Assembly (NCBI RefSeq): GCF_009914755.1
Contig: NC_060926.1
Origin: the human T2T-CHM13v2.0 reference genome, Homo sapiens
DNA length: 64,000 bases
Strand: one strand, 5' to 3'
Position numbers and translations under genes: made by a program. Shown here one piece after another: positions 39,162 to 54,084 of the stretch. Position 1 is the first letter of the stretch; the number at the start of each line of letters is the position of its first letter. Below the pieces are notes generated by a model. The model was not told the origin of the DNA. It worked only from the letters and a program-made list of their open reading frames with translations, and did no database searches.

Positions 39162-41154
39162 TATTTACTTATATATGTTTTTTTATTTCCAAAGTTTCAT
39201 AGGTAGGCCTCTTTCATATACTTCTGCAGGGCTGGAAAATAGTCAAAACCTATCTGAGTGGTTAAGTGAGCATACTTTTTGACCTGTATGCTCATTTAAC
39301 CATTTAGATAAGTTGTATATACTGTTAAACTTAACAGTATTATTCACTAGACTAGACAAAAGTGGAAGAAATTATAAAAGGATTCAGAGTTTGAAAGGTT
39401 TTCATAATACAATACAATACAACAAAATTAAAAAGAAATTTTAAAAAAGGAAATTTTCTTTTTAATTTTATTTTATACCCTGTATCGTGCTCCATTATAT
39501 TTGTTGAAAATGAAATATAATATTTTCAAGAAAAAGGGAAAATTATATATACACACATTTAATATTATAAAATAAAATTTTATAAGCTTATATAATTTTA
39601 TATATACACACATACAATGTTATGAAAAGATAAAAAATAATTGTCAAGTGAAATATACCTTACAAATATACAAAGTTAAATATAATATTTTAAAGAATAT
39701 ATCTGTAAGAATATGAAAAACATTTATTTCTGTTATTGGAATTATGATTTTTTTAAAAAATAGCATTTTGCTTACATATAATCTTTAAATTTCTTCAATG
39801 AACCTATATTTTAAATGAACACAAATAAATAAATTATAACCACCTCTTATGTACGTTTATAAAAATTACAAAAATAATAACAAATAGAAAACATTAATAC
39901 AAAATATATATATATATTCAAGCAGAACTCATTATTACATGAGTGCAAAAGTGGTTAGATATAAAAAAAACTATCAACATAATCTTACATCAACAAATTA
40001 ATGAGAAAATTAAATGAAAAGGCATTTGATAAAGTATAGCAGCCACTTATAATAAAAACTCTAAAGAAAACAAAAATAGAAGACCATTAAAACTGACAGC
40101 AAATATGATTATAAATGTCAAATCACTAAAAGCATTTCCAGTAATATCAGGAGGTGGGCAGAGATGCTGGATAGCTCCATTTTTTTTAATCAACAGTGTT
40201 TTGGAGGACATAGTGAATGCAATAAGAAAATAAAATAACATCAGAGAAGTAGAGATAATACCTATTTTGGTGATGAAATTAGAGATTAGTGAAAAGCCAT
40301 TAAAATTAATTATTGACTTTTGTACCTTGGCTGCATATAAAGTAAATACATTAAAAAATAAAACTCTAGCTCATCTCTATTCTGGCAGTAGTTACTTAGA
40401 AAAACAGATGGGAATAAAACATCTCCTATTCACAACTACAACAACAATAAAAAAAAAACCTAGAAAATGCTTATGAATGAATTTTATACGAAAAGTCTAG
40501 AAGAAATGGTAACAGAAACACTCTAACATCTTTTTGTAAAACATAAATAAGATTTAAACAAATGGGAAGTGATACTATACTACTGACTGGAACTTATTTC
40601 CCCAAAATGTACTAAAAATGTCATATAACTATGAAGGTAACTGTTAGAGTTTTGTTGTCGTTTGTTTTTTCATTGGGAAGGGAGAGATAAGAGAATCTTA
40701 AAGTTTATAATAAAGAATAAATATGTAAAATAATATTTTTGCTATAGAACAAAGGAAAATGAGTACATATGTTTTATCAGACATTAGAAAACACATAAAT
40801 TTACTGTAGTCAAATCCATATAGAAGTTGTAAAAAATAATGACACATTAACGGATTAGAATAAGAATACACACAAATAAATTTCCAGCATATATGAAAAT
40901 GTTATGAAAGTAGTGTTATTCCAATTTAGTACATAAATAACAGATTATAAATTACTTAACTAGTGTTTTTAAAGCTAGCTAGTTAGCTAGCTAGGAGAAT
41001 ATAATATTATACCCCTATCTTATACCATATACAATAATAAATTCCAGTTAGTTCCCTGGCACTAGGTTCAGAATCTTTATAAATGGGAAATTTAACTTCA
41101 GGAACTTCAACTTTTTCACTCGTAAATTTTTATCACGAAGAAATTGGAAATGCT

Positions 41155-41479
<325 letters not shown>

Positions 41480-42031
41480 AATTGGAAATGCTGAGGTGTT
41501 ACAATATGAATTTAGAAAAAATTGATAAAAATTAATACATTTGAAATAAATATTTAAATGGCTTTCTAAAATTTCTTCTAGAATTTTTCTAAAATAGTAT
41601 GTATAGTCCAGTGTTAAGGTATAACTTTGTAATCAAGACTTGAAATCCAAAAATCTATGAAAGGAAATGGAGATATATTTGAGTATAAAACTAATTAAAA
41701 ACCATTTATGGAAGTGCAATAGAAAAGTCAAAAGGACAAACAATTGACTTGGAAAACTTATTTTTACCAGCAAGCAATCCTTTATAATATCTACAAAATA
41801 GAAGAACTCTTGTAAACAGACTAAAACAGGACAAACAATCTAAAGGAAAAATAATAAATGATATGAATTGGCAATTACTGAAGAAAACAATCTAAAATAT
41901 TCAGAAACCATATGAAATATTGCTCTGACTCACCAGTACTCAGAAATATGCCATGTATAAAAGACTTCACTGTAGTGAAATACCACTATAAGCATATGAC
42001 TGAAAAAAATTAAAATATTAAACAAACGAAA

Positions 42032-42338
42032 CTTTTTTAACTTGCATTTTAAGTTTAGGGGTACACATTAAGGTTTGTTACATAGGTAAATGCATGTCAT
42101 GGGGGTTTCTTTAAATATTATTTTGTCACCTAGGTATTCAGCCTAGTACCCATTAGTTACTTTCCCTGAGCCTCTCCTTCCTCCCACCCCGTATGCTCAT
42201 GTAGGCTCCAGTGCCTATTGTTCCTCTCTATGTGCTCACGTGTTATCATCATTTAGCTCCCACTTATAAGTGAAAACATATAGTATTTGGTTTTCCATTT
42301 CTGCATTTGTTTGCTAAGAATAATGACCGCCAACTCCT
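42032..42338 (-). mobile_element. L1PA13-15-like 3' UTR fragment
   Basis: TTTTAAGTTTAGGGGTACA...TGTCATGGGGGTTT...AGCCTAGTACCCATTAGTTA...CATTTAGCTCCCACTTATAAGTG. Confidence 0.88.
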
Positions 42339-42728
42339 TTTACTGGAGGAAACACACATTGATATAGCTCACTGTGAAATAAAGTAGGAAAAAAAAAAAC
42401 ACATAAAATTCAGAAAGAGATGCCTAGTTTGACAAGGTATTCCCAACTTAAGTGTTGTATTTCATAGCAATAACAGCAGCTATATTTGAAGATGTAAGTG
42501 TAATGATGTTTATTGCAGTATTTATTAAAATATAATGGTGAAAGACTTGAAACAAATTGAATTCCCACCAGCAGTAGGATAGTTGAAAACCTTATGATAC
42601 ATCTGATCCATGGAATATTAAAGACTACGCAGAAATAAACCAAATGATTTGGAAACATTTCCATGAGATATTTTTAAAGAATTTTAAAGAGCAAAAATTA
42701 ACATGCTTTTGTGAAACCATGACAAATT

Positions 42729-42754
42729 TATATATATATATATATATATATATA
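42729..42754. repeat. (TA)n microsatellite
   Basis: Direct read. Confidence 0.95.
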
Positions 42755-44386
42755 GTTAATGTGAATGAGTGTGTATACATGTATACTCGAACATAATTAC
42801 ATGAGCATAGAGAAAGATATAGAGTGATTTATATTGAGTCATGAATTCAGACTACTTGGTAGTTAATGTGTGTAAAGAGGAGGAAGGGGCCAAGTAAAAT
42901 GAGGAACAAAAAGATCACACTATATATCACAAACATTTTTTTCCTGTGTGTGTGTGTAATTGTGTTTGGAACAATATTTTTAAACCCAAATAACAATTAC
43001 TGTGAAATGTATGTAGAAATGGTTGATAATACTCTGCTTTTCAATTCTCTGAGTATCCTCTTTTCTTCATTTTGTACAACTTTATTAATTAAGTCACCTT
43101 CATCACATGTTTGAAATATGTGACAGTGTAAATTAAAGTGAGAAATTAAAGGTCAAGCTGCATAAAGATGTCATAATCCCTAGTCAATCATGAGCATCAA
43201 TTGGCAATGAGGGAAGATTCTATTATTATAGGACAACTTTTCTTTTCTTCTGCTTAGCATTCATAAGAAGCTGTTCTCGCCTTTTGATGCCGAGCCTAAC
43301 CTTCCATTTTATTGAATAAGAGTTTAAAGCTATTTGTTTAGTTATTCTTATCTATGTTTGAATAATAATTAGATTTTAGGAGTGAAGTCATTTTACTGAT
43401 TTGATGTATAACCCATCAGATGGCCAGAGGAAAATTTGTTAGTTTCCTACATTTGACTGCAATGAAGAGTAAATTCAAGCTCTCTCTCAGTTACCTAACA
43501 CACCGAAGACAGATTATTCTGGCCATTATTAAGTGATCCTCATTACTCTTGGATCATTTTGTCAACTCCAGGAATTGCAATTAATTTTATACATGGCCCA
43601 CCTTATTTAAAGTACTCACTATCCCAGGAAATTGCTTGGACATAGTTGTAATCAGAAGTTCTCATTGCTCCAGGTGTTTTCATTTGAGGAGAGACCAAGT
43701 TTGTCCCTGCTTGATAGACCTATATTTTAATGTGAGTTATTGGTCTAAATATGACAATACAGAAATCCCTTAAGCCACACAACAATTTCATTTTCCAAAC
43801 CAAGATAAAATTTTTTTGCAACCTGGCTTGCAAATTCCAGAGAAAGAGAATAAGGAAGAACAATTTTTTTTTGTTGTTTTTCCTTAGTACAAGCTATTAT
43901 AAATGCCTTTTCAGTGAAAGAAGACTAATAGAGAAACAAAAAATAACATAAAAACTAAAAGCCTATTCAAGATTTTTAGCAAGAAGCCTAATTGGTAATA
44001 TTAAACAAATCAAAACAAGTAGATATAATTAATTTACATATTTGTCCTTATGAATATTTTTAAAGATTAAAATTTATGGCTAATTTTATTCTAAGAATAT
44101 GAATTGCACATTTAAATTAAGCATTATAAAATGCTAATTTCTTTATTTTTAAGTGCCAAAAGTTTAACACATGTGATAAATGAAATTCAAACTATTATTT
44201 AAAATGCTTTTACTTACATTATGAAATTAAGGTAAGATGTAGTAATATTAGAAAATGCAGAACTCAACAGAATTTACAAACAAAAGTATAATCAAGATAA
44301 TTTTATTTTTTCAGTTAATAGGTGTTAACATCTGTTGGATAGTTCTCAAGGCTTTCTTTCCCTTTTGATTTGCACAAATAAAATAA

Positions 44387-44472
44387 AATTAAAAAGTGGG
44401 TATAAATATGACTACAGAACTGCCTTTGAGTTGCTACTCTCAGCACACTGCCTGTGGGGTAGCCCTGCTACA
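44387..44472 (+). repeat. Inverted copy of 45068-45151 (TATA/R region of the adjacent LTR)
   Basis: AAAAGTGGGTATAAATATGACTACAGAACTGCCT...GAGTTGCTACTCTCAGCACACTGCCTG is the reverse complement of sequence in 45068-45151. Confidence 0.93.
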
Positions 44473-44479
44473 AAGATAT

Positions 44480-44765
44480 ACCTTTGTTGTGCATTGTATA
44501 TCTCTTGTTTGTAAATTCTTCAATGACATGCTTGAAGATGAAATACTTTTCTATTGTATGGCTAACTCATAATACAAAAATCTATTACCTATTATTAGGC
44601 TTTCAGATGCTTTCCACTTTTTCTGTATTTCACATAAAACTGTAATGAACATCCTTGCACATATGTCTTTCCTGAACCTTATGTAGGGGGATAATGACAC
44701 CATTGGTGAAGTTACATAAACATCTATATTTTCATCTACTTATTTTATAATCCTTTTTTACCTTT
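44480..44765 (-). mobile_element. L1ME-like fragment
   Basis: CTATTGTATGG...TTTCCACTTTTT...TGTAATGAACATCCTTGCACATATGTCTT. Confidence 0.65.
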
Positions 44766-44798
44766 TGAAGCTTTTTCATGTGTAAGAATGCTGCTTAA

Positions 44799-44851
44799 TT
44801 TATTATTATTATTATTATTATACTTTAAGTTTTAGGGTACATGTGTCCAAC
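44799..44851 (-). mobile_element. Extremely truncated young L1PA 3' end with (TAA)n tail
   Basis: (TTA)n TACTTTAAGTTTTAGGGTACATGTG is the reverse complement of the L1HS/L1PA2-4 terminus. Confidence 0.8.
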
Positions 44852-44916
44852 CAAATTATTATCTAAGTCCTAATATAACATTGAATAATGTACCCCCAAC
44901 TGATATGAAATGCAGC

Positions 44917-45367
44917 TGATACAAGGCAGGTGAGCCCTAAAGCTGGGGCTTAGCCCAGGAAGGTTCTTGGCTTCGCAGGAAAGGATTCAAGAGCAAGCCA
45001 GTGGTGGAAGATGGAAGAAAACAGCTTTATCAAGGCAGCAGTGTTACAGTTCCATGACTGCATCTGTAGAGCAGGGCTATTCCGCAGGCAGTGTGCTGAG
45101 AGTAGCAACTCAGAGGCAGTTCTGTAGTCATATTTATACCCACTTTTAATTACATGCAAATTAAGGGGTAGGTTATTCTACAATTTCTGGAAAAGGAGTG
45201 TCAGCTTCTGGGTCACTGCTATGGAAAGGGGCAGTAACTTCCAGGTGTTGCCATGGCAATGGTAAACTGATATGGCACCAGTGGTCATGTCTTAAGGAGA
45301 GATGCTTTTGCCTCTTTCCTGTTTCAGCTAGTCTTCAATCTGGTCCAAAGTTCCACCTCCTACTTCA
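44917..45367 (-). mobile_element. ERV1 solo LTR, MER66-like
   Basis: TG...CA termini; minus strand carries CCATTGCCATGGCAACACCTGGAAGTTAC, octamer ATTTGCAT and TATAAATA. Confidence 0.75.
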
Positions 45368-45615
45368 GTAGAGAAGCCGTGAGTAGAGGAGAGAAATAAA
45401 GCTATAAAAGAGCTCCAGGCTAGGAGTGAAGGGATGCATATCCAGATAAGTGGTTCTTAAATTTTAGCATGTATAAAAATCACCTGAAGATCTTCTTAAA
45501 ATGTAGATATCTTAGACGTACTTCCTAGAAATTGTATTTATTGGGTGGGGGTGGGTAATGCTTCAGCGGTTAGTTTGAGTAGCATATTTCAAACTTGGCT
45601 ATCACTAACCAACTA

Positions 45616-46010
45616 TGTGACTCGGTAAGTTTCCCAGAAGCAAACCTTGAAACCAGTCATCATGGGCAAGTATTTTATTAGGGTACTCCCAGGAGACTGG
45701 TAAGGGAGTCACAGAAGCAGGACCATGAAAGTAAAAAAAGACAGCACTCGTGATTTCAGGCAATCTCAGCTTTATGCAGGTATGATGGGGGTCTCTAGGA
45801 CATTAATTATGCCTCAGAGGTACTTTCAGCTCTAGACAAGGAAGCTGGCCTTTCATACTTCCACACTCGTCAGCCATTGGCTAAGGGCAGGGCAGAATAT
45901 GTATACTCCCAGCTCTTCTACCTCTCAATCTACAGGCAAATGGCAGTGCTCAGAACAGAGTTACAGATCCACAGCACCCTGGGTGGTACACAAAGCCCAC
46001 TTTTCTCTGT
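45616..46010 (-). mobile_element. ERVL LTR (LTR40/LTR16 group)
   Basis: TTCCCAGAAGCAAACCTTGA...GCAAGTATTTTATT...GTCAGCCATTGGCTAAGGGC. Confidence 0.5.
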
Positions 46011-46929
46011 CCCTCATTGGTTAAGGGCCCCTGTTTCCTCAATTGGCTTACACTGGTTTTACATATACATAGAGATAAAGATAGAAGGGAATGAAAACAA
46101 TTTATACAACTGCACAATCGCTCATCACTCTGTAAAATCCTCTATTTTACCGAAATGTACTATTGAATATGAGAAAGAACATGATCCTCTCATGCATGGA
46201 TTCCATATTACAAACATTCCAGTTTCTAATAACTTGCCACTGATGTTTACCATGTCATGGTCTAATGAATAAAATGAAAGTGTTATTTATTATACCATAT
46301 GTATATGTAGGTAAGTAATGTAGGATAGCATCTTTTGGATGTCACCCCTCATAATTCCAGTTCATATCAAAATAACAATTGACAGTGTGTTTTTGAAATT
46401 AAGTACAAATAATATAACATCAAATATCCCCTCCTTAATAACTTATATTGGACAATAGAGAGTAAATTTCCAGTAGTTTGCTTTCTGTATCCAGAAGCCC
46501 TCATAGGGTTGCTTTGAGGACTTCTTACCACTCAGAGTAAAGTATCCATATTGAAAAAGTTATTTCCTATGCCAAAATGATTCATTCTTACTAATCACCG
46601 GTTGTTCTGATTACTTTCAGGGCAACAAATTGCTACAATAATGCTATCACTGGAGAACAATACAACACTCAGGAAAAGGACAATGAAAACATGGATTCCA
46701 TTTGTTTTTCTCAGTATCAAAATGTTCAACCAAGGAGAATAAAGCTAAAAAGAGAAAAATCACACCCTTGTGATTGGGAAAGATACTTTGAAGGAGCAAA
46801 GGTAAAGATAAATAGTCCATCAAGTGACACCTGCTGAGAGAATCCAGTTTGTCTAATTGGCTCTGGTGCAGTGCAGTGGAACATGTGTCAACTCTCTTTG
46901 GAGTTTATATTGGAAATAAATTATAGGTG

Positions 46930-47230
46930 GGACCAGGCACAGTGGCTCATTCCTGTAATCCCAGCACTTTGGGAGGCCAAGGTGGACAGATTGCTTGAAC
47001 TCAGGAGTTTGAGACCAGCCTGAGCAACATGACAAAAGCCTAATTTTACAAACTACAAAAAAATTAGCTGGGCATTATGGCATGTGCCTGTAGTCCCAGC
47101 TACTTGGGAGACTGAGACAGGAGCATCACTTGAGCCCAGGAAGGTAGAGGCTGCAGTGAGCCATTAATGTGCCACTACACTCCTGCCTAGGCAACAAAGC
47201 GAGACCCTGTCTCAAAACAATGACAAAAAA
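46930..47230 (+). mobile_element. AluJ inserted in an L2
   Basis: CTTGAGCCCAGG, GGCTGCAGTGAGCC and GAGACCCTGTCTC are J diagnostics; TSD AAATTATA(G/A)GTGG. Confidence 0.93.
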
Positions 47231-48949
47231 TTATAAGTGGGCCTCGAATGCCAGGATAAAGTGGTTTTTTTAAATGAGATAATAGATTAATTGAAACATT
47301 AAAGATCTTACTCAGAACAGTAACATGATCATAATAATATTTTAGGAATACTTATTAGACACTATCCTTTATGATAATCTGAAGAACATTTCAAAGAAAA
47401 TTAGACCATTTGGAGATTCCAGAAGTAACCCAGGCTTGACGTTGTAAGTATCTACTAGTGTGATGGTGAGATTTCAATGAAAGGCATAAGTAACTCAATG
47501 AGAAATAATAACTGAAAATACATAAATATGGAAGAAACTAAGAGAAGGGAGCTTCAAAACTCACTCTGAAATTGACCTCAGAGTTAGAAAAAATGCAGAA
47601 GTATCAAAGGGAACAGAAGTATCAAAAATCACATAAAAGGAAGAAGGTATCTTCAATTTTGGTGGTTAAAATCGAGTACAGGATTCAATTTGTTTAGAGA
47701 AATGCTGTTAAAATGAATCATTAAGACAATTTGTCCATGTGTCTGTAGCGCCTATGCTATCATTTCAGCATATAGATTCACATAAATGTGTATAATGACT
47801 ACAAAGGTCAATGGGTAATGCTAAGTCTAAGTTTCCACTTGGAATTGAGATAAAACCAAAAACCTGAAATCCAGTCCAAACACCAGGGCCAATTAGTATT
47901 GTGATTTTATATGTTATCTCTCAAACTTTCAGCGTGTCGGTTTTCCTATATGCACATAAGGGTGCGTGCTATGTTCTAGTTACTAAAATTGTTGTGAAGG
48001 CCTAATTAATTAATGTATTTGATTTTTTTGAAAGAGTATAATGTGTCTTTTAATGGTCATAATTATGAAACACTGATACTTAGGAATTCACTATACCTTC
48101 CTCTTCTCAATTTGAAGTAGTTTACAATGGCATCCTAAGTTATTAGTGATTCAAAATAATACCTAGATACTATACTTTACATTTACTTTTCATGGTTATG
48201 AACTCAAACCAGATTAAATTATGTCATGCCTGAGATATTTTATTATGAGTAGTCATGACACTTATATTCCTGTTTTCTAATTTCAAAAAATTTAAATCGA
48301 CTTCATTTTTGTTTAGATAATGGAAGTGAAGGATAATTTCAAAAGTCTTTGAAGAAGAAAAACAAACAAAATGAAACCAAAAATAAGAATAACGTCTTAC
48401 AAAAAGATGTCATTATACTGCTGCAAAATGAGTTATGATGATCCTGACCTTTTTCTATTTCCCACAATGCATTATAAATTAGCACAGCTGGAACATTCTA
48501 TAGAAAATACAAGATCATGGCCACATATTCAATTTTACTTTGGTATTTTAATCATTGCTTAGAAAAATCCTTCCCCAATATTCCTGGTCCTCCTGAATAC
48601 TAATTAAATGAAAAGCATCTAGTTAGGCTAAATGTCTGCTTCAAATCTTCCCATGGGTTATGCATATAAATATGAACTTCTTCATTTGCCAAACCAAATT
48701 TGATTGTTCACTCTATGCTGGGAGCTATATTAGGTGTTAAGACAAAGGCATTTAAAAGACATGGTGTCATCACAGCACACTTGGAAACTTAACTAAAACT
48801 TTTATAAATTTAAGATTAAAATGATGTATGGCTTACTTTATTAAATGACTTTATATATTTTTTAAGAAAAATCTTGTACTTTTTAATGAGTGTAGCATTA
48901 GTGTGCACATACACATATATGCACACACAATGTTTTAAGTAATGAAGGC

Positions 48950-50580
48950 TCACTATAAAATCTTAATAAACAGAGATGGGTAAAAAATAATAGAAAAAAT
49001 AACTTCCCACTCAGAGGGATTCTTATTATTTTATTTCCTCCCTGAACTTTTCTATGTTCATGAATAATGTGTTTAAATATATATACTTTGGACAAAATTA
49101 GAATATAAACCATATATACTGGTTTAGAATCAGGGTTTCCCTCATCTCATATATACTTAAATCATTTCTTTAACCTTTCTCCTAAAGCATGATGATTTCA
49201 TATTAAGAAAAACATTGTAGTGTTTTGTTTATATTTTTAATAGTATAAATTTCTGTCTTAGTTTTGTGTTGATATGAAAGAACATCTGAGCCTGGGTAAT
49301 TTATAAAGAAAAGAAGTTTACTTGGCTCGTGGTTCTGCAGACGGTATGAGAAGCATGGTGCCAGCATCTGCCTGGCTTCTTTGCTGAGTAAAAACATGGT
49401 GGAGAAGATGAAAGGCAAAATGTTCCTAGGAGAGCAAAGCCAAGAGGCATCCTGGCTTTATAACAATCCACTCTTGCGGGAACTAGTCCATTCTCTTCCT
49501 TCCTTCCTGCCATCCGCAACCAACCAAGTCTCTTAAGAGGGAGAACTCACCACGAAGAGCATGGCACCAAGCCACTCATAAGGAATCCAGCCCAAACACC
49601 TCTCATTAGGCCCCACCTCCGACACTGGGAATCAAGTTTCAACATGAGATTTGGAGGGGACAAATATTTGAACCATAGCCGCTTCAACGCATAATTTTCC
49701 CACATATTTGAATATTTTTAATAAGATAATTATTAGATGTTGAAGTACTATGTCAAAAAATATGAACTCTGAATGTACAATAACAAATTTCATTCATGAG
49801 AGACATTTCTGATATATCATCCCAACAACAGTGAATGAAATTCCCCATTACCTTATGGCTTCGGTAACAGATATTTTAAAACTTTGAAATTGTTGCCAAT
49901 TTAATTAAAAATGCATTTTCTTACTAGTGATGTACAAATATTTAGTACATACTTTATATTAGGGCTTAGGGCAATTGTGTATGGTGGCAGATCCAAGACT
50001 TGGCCAACACATACTCTTTTATTTAAATTATCTCTCTTGAAACTTGGTTTATTTCCCCTATTAGGTAATTCAACTAATACAACTTTTTCTTATTGAATGA
50101 TGAAAGAATTTTACATTTTAATTATATTAATCCTTTATTTTCATCTAATTACAATATTTTCCTAGTTTACTATCTTTGTTTTTGATGCTTTTAATCACCA
50201 AGTTTTTAAAGTCTTACATAATAAATGTATGAACATTTTATCATTTTCTGTTTGGACTTGGTCGTAGATTTTCACACCTAACATCAGACAACTATCCACC
50301 TTTGTTTCTAATTATTTTATGTTCTTGTTTTATGACTTTATAACCTTTTAGTCTAAGTAAGAGAAATTCATTTTGTTGCGTGTTTTAAAGCAGAGGTCTT
50401 CTAGATGTCCCCCCAACCCAAACTAATTATTCAAATGAGATTTTTATATAATCAATCATTTCCTCTCTCAGGTAAAAAGGCATATATAAAATTCTTAGAC
50501 ATTTTCAGTCCCTCTATGAGTTTGTCATTCTATTTTTCATCAATACTACATTATATTAACTATTGTAGTTAAAAAGAAAT
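48950..50580 (-). mobile_element. L1ME-like degenerate element interrupted by MSTB
   Basis: CATCCCAACAACAGTGAATGAAATTCCCCATT, TGTTGCCAATTT, CAATACTACATTATATTAACTATTGTAG. Confidence 0.55.
49254..49680 (-). mobile_element. MSTB/MSTB1 MaLR solo LTR
   Basis: CTGGGTAATTTATAAAGAAAAGA...AAGCATGGTGCCAGCATCTGC...TTTCAACATGAGATTTGGAGGGGACAAA. Confidence 0.88.
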
Positions 50581-50744
50581 TATGTTGCCCTAACAATTTC
50601 CCTCCTCCATCTCCTGATCATTCTAAGCCCTTTTCTAATTGATAAAAAATGTGATGCTCTTTACTGCATAGTACACTTAGGTTTTATGAAATATAGTGTT
50701 GTAAATTACATGATCATTAAGGTTTTTCAGTCCTTCTGCAAACT

Positions 50745-50975
50745 AACAGCAATGTTGCACAGTAGGAAAAGCTGAGATTTTGAGTCACACATTTTTCATT
50801 GGCCAAGGATTGAATCTTGGATCTGCCACTATACACAATTGCCTTAAGCCTAATTTTTTCTTTTCAACTAATAGATGTGGACAGTCATACTTCTCTCAGA
50901 TAATGTTTTTGTGAATTAAGGGAGACACAGATAAGATACACAAAGTGCCTGGTACACAGTATTTGCTTTACAGGT
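50745..50975 (+). mobile_element. MIR SINE
   Basis: TTGAATCTTGGATCTGCCACT...AGTGCCTGGTACACAGTA. Confidence 0.75.
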
Positions 50976-51295
50976 TCCTTTGCACTTCTATTCAACAGGA
51001 TAAATTAACTTGAGATACATTATGACAAATTTAAGACAGTTAAAGGAGACATTAATGATACCAAAATTTTTACAAGTGCTAACCTAGTTACTATTATAGA
51101 ACATGAAGTCTTCTCTGAATTCTTTTTTTTAAAAAAAGTATATTTGTTAATATATTTGAGCAAGAGAAATCTTATGTTTTTTAGATAAGTATATGATAAC
51201 TCATACCAATTTTATCTTAAACTGTAATGATTGTATACATTCATTCATTCAGCTGATATGAGTTGAATGCCACCCAATAATAAATAGTGCTTGTA

Positions 51296-51710
<415 letters not shown>

Positions 51711-52975
51711 GTGCTTGTAATTTGTGGATAATGAACTAGCCCACAAAAGTAATTTGACTTCCCTAAACGTCTCCTTAGTAGAGAGCAGCAGAGCAGAAGT
51801 GAGATCTTGAGATTAAGACTTTCCAATATTTCAAGGCATTACAATGTAACTAAATGGAATTGAATGAAATTCAACAAATAAATCAGGAAGGTTAATTTTT
51901 AATAGTCACTATTGATCTCTCCAGGATACTCTTATTCTATTACCTGTTTTTACTTTGTAATTTTCTCCCCAATCCATTATTTTCCCTCAATATTTAATTC
52001 AGAAACTATCACATAGGCTGCCATTGTTATCATTATTACTGAGCTTAACTTTCTTGTTTACATACCCACCATTTATCCCAGACTAGGATGAATCAAACCA
52101 CTGTGCCTCTCTGTTTCTGGTCTTGGACAGCTGACTGAATACATTAAAAAAACTCACCATCTTATTACAGCCTCATAAAATTACCAATTTTATCTGGATT
52201 CTAAGCTATGCCAGATCCTCCTCAATATGTCCCTAGTTGGTTCTTTATCAGCTCCTTCAGTAACCCTTCTAAATATTGATTTCTTTTCTCAATTCTCATG
52301 TGTTTCACCCACTCACTTCTCTTAGCACATGATCTCTCCTCCTTCATTAAAAAAAAAAAAAATTGGGTAGTAACTTTTTAAAATTTCCTCCTTTTGCCAC
52401 TGGTAAAAGAAAACAAACTCTGTGCATTATTCCATTCTTCCTTCTCATTTAGGTTAAAGAAACTTCCTCCCCAAGCTAAACTCTACCCCTTTTTAAAACT
52501 TTTCCTTCCTGTTGCTTTCTAAGACATTGTGCTATTTTGATCGTCTTCATTCGCTTCATCCTTTTTCCTGTCTGTTTTGGCTTAATCTCTTAGACAAATT
52601 ATAATGCTCAAATCTCATCCTTAAAAAAACTGTTCCCTCACATCTACGTTCTCTGCTAACTGTGGTCCCACATATCCTCTTCACAGCTTAGCTAATTGAA
52701 AGAATTGTCTAAAAAACATGTCCTTTATCTTCCCCGTGAAATAACTATGCCTGGTATAAACTAGCTATAAAAATAAATACAAATAGACAAAAATGGCAAA
52801 ATATAGGCTTGGTGATGTAGGTTGAAGTCTGGATGCCCCCTTAGGATCATTCCACTTTAACATCAGATATTTTACCTTTTTAATACTTCTTAACTCTATC
52901 TTTCTTTCTCCCTTTCTATCAGTACAACCATTGACATTTTACAGGTGACAAATCTGAGATTCAGAAAGAATTCTT

Positions 52976-53348
<373 letters not shown>

Positions 53349-54084
53349 TTATCTCAGATTTAATTCCGAGGCAGACTGGCTCCGGAGTCCATAGTCTTAA
53401 CAAACACATTTCACCTCTCACTTATGTTCATTATTTCTTGGACAGAAGAAGTTCTAGTATATGAGACTGGTGTGCCTAAGTAAGATAAAGTACATAGTTC
53501 TAAGTATATAGAACGAGATATATTTCATTCTGTCTGAGAGAAAATAAACCAGTCAGAAATCAATCCAACACCTTTGAAGGAGAAACTAGTTGGTTTGAAA
53601 GACAAAAGCTAAAAACAGAATATTAGAAAAGGTTAAACTATGATCACAAGCTGGTGCTGTGGTCCGTGTTACCCCAATCTGTTCAGATATCATCCTAAAA
53701 CTGATCCTATGCCTCCTTCCGCCCCATGAACAGTAATCTGGGGACTGGTCCGATTCGTCTTTTGTCCCAGAGAAGCCCATCTAATGGGAAGTAAAATCTG
53801 ACCAGTGATGAGGATAGTCTAACTGGCTCTGTCCTTTCATCAGGGCCATAAGACTGTGGCTACTCCTTCCTTTCTTTTACTTTTTGTTCGTAAAAATCAA
53901 ATAACTGAGTCCTTTTTTAAGTATCTGATTTACAGATTTCTTAGGCAAGAAAAAACATGCCTGTAGGATTGAGAGTACTGAAACAGTCATCTGTAAAGAA
54001 CTCAAGCTGACCGAGTCAATATTAGCCCGTTTCTTAATTTGAAAAGAAAACATAAATTTAATTTAATTTTTAATGTTTGATTTT

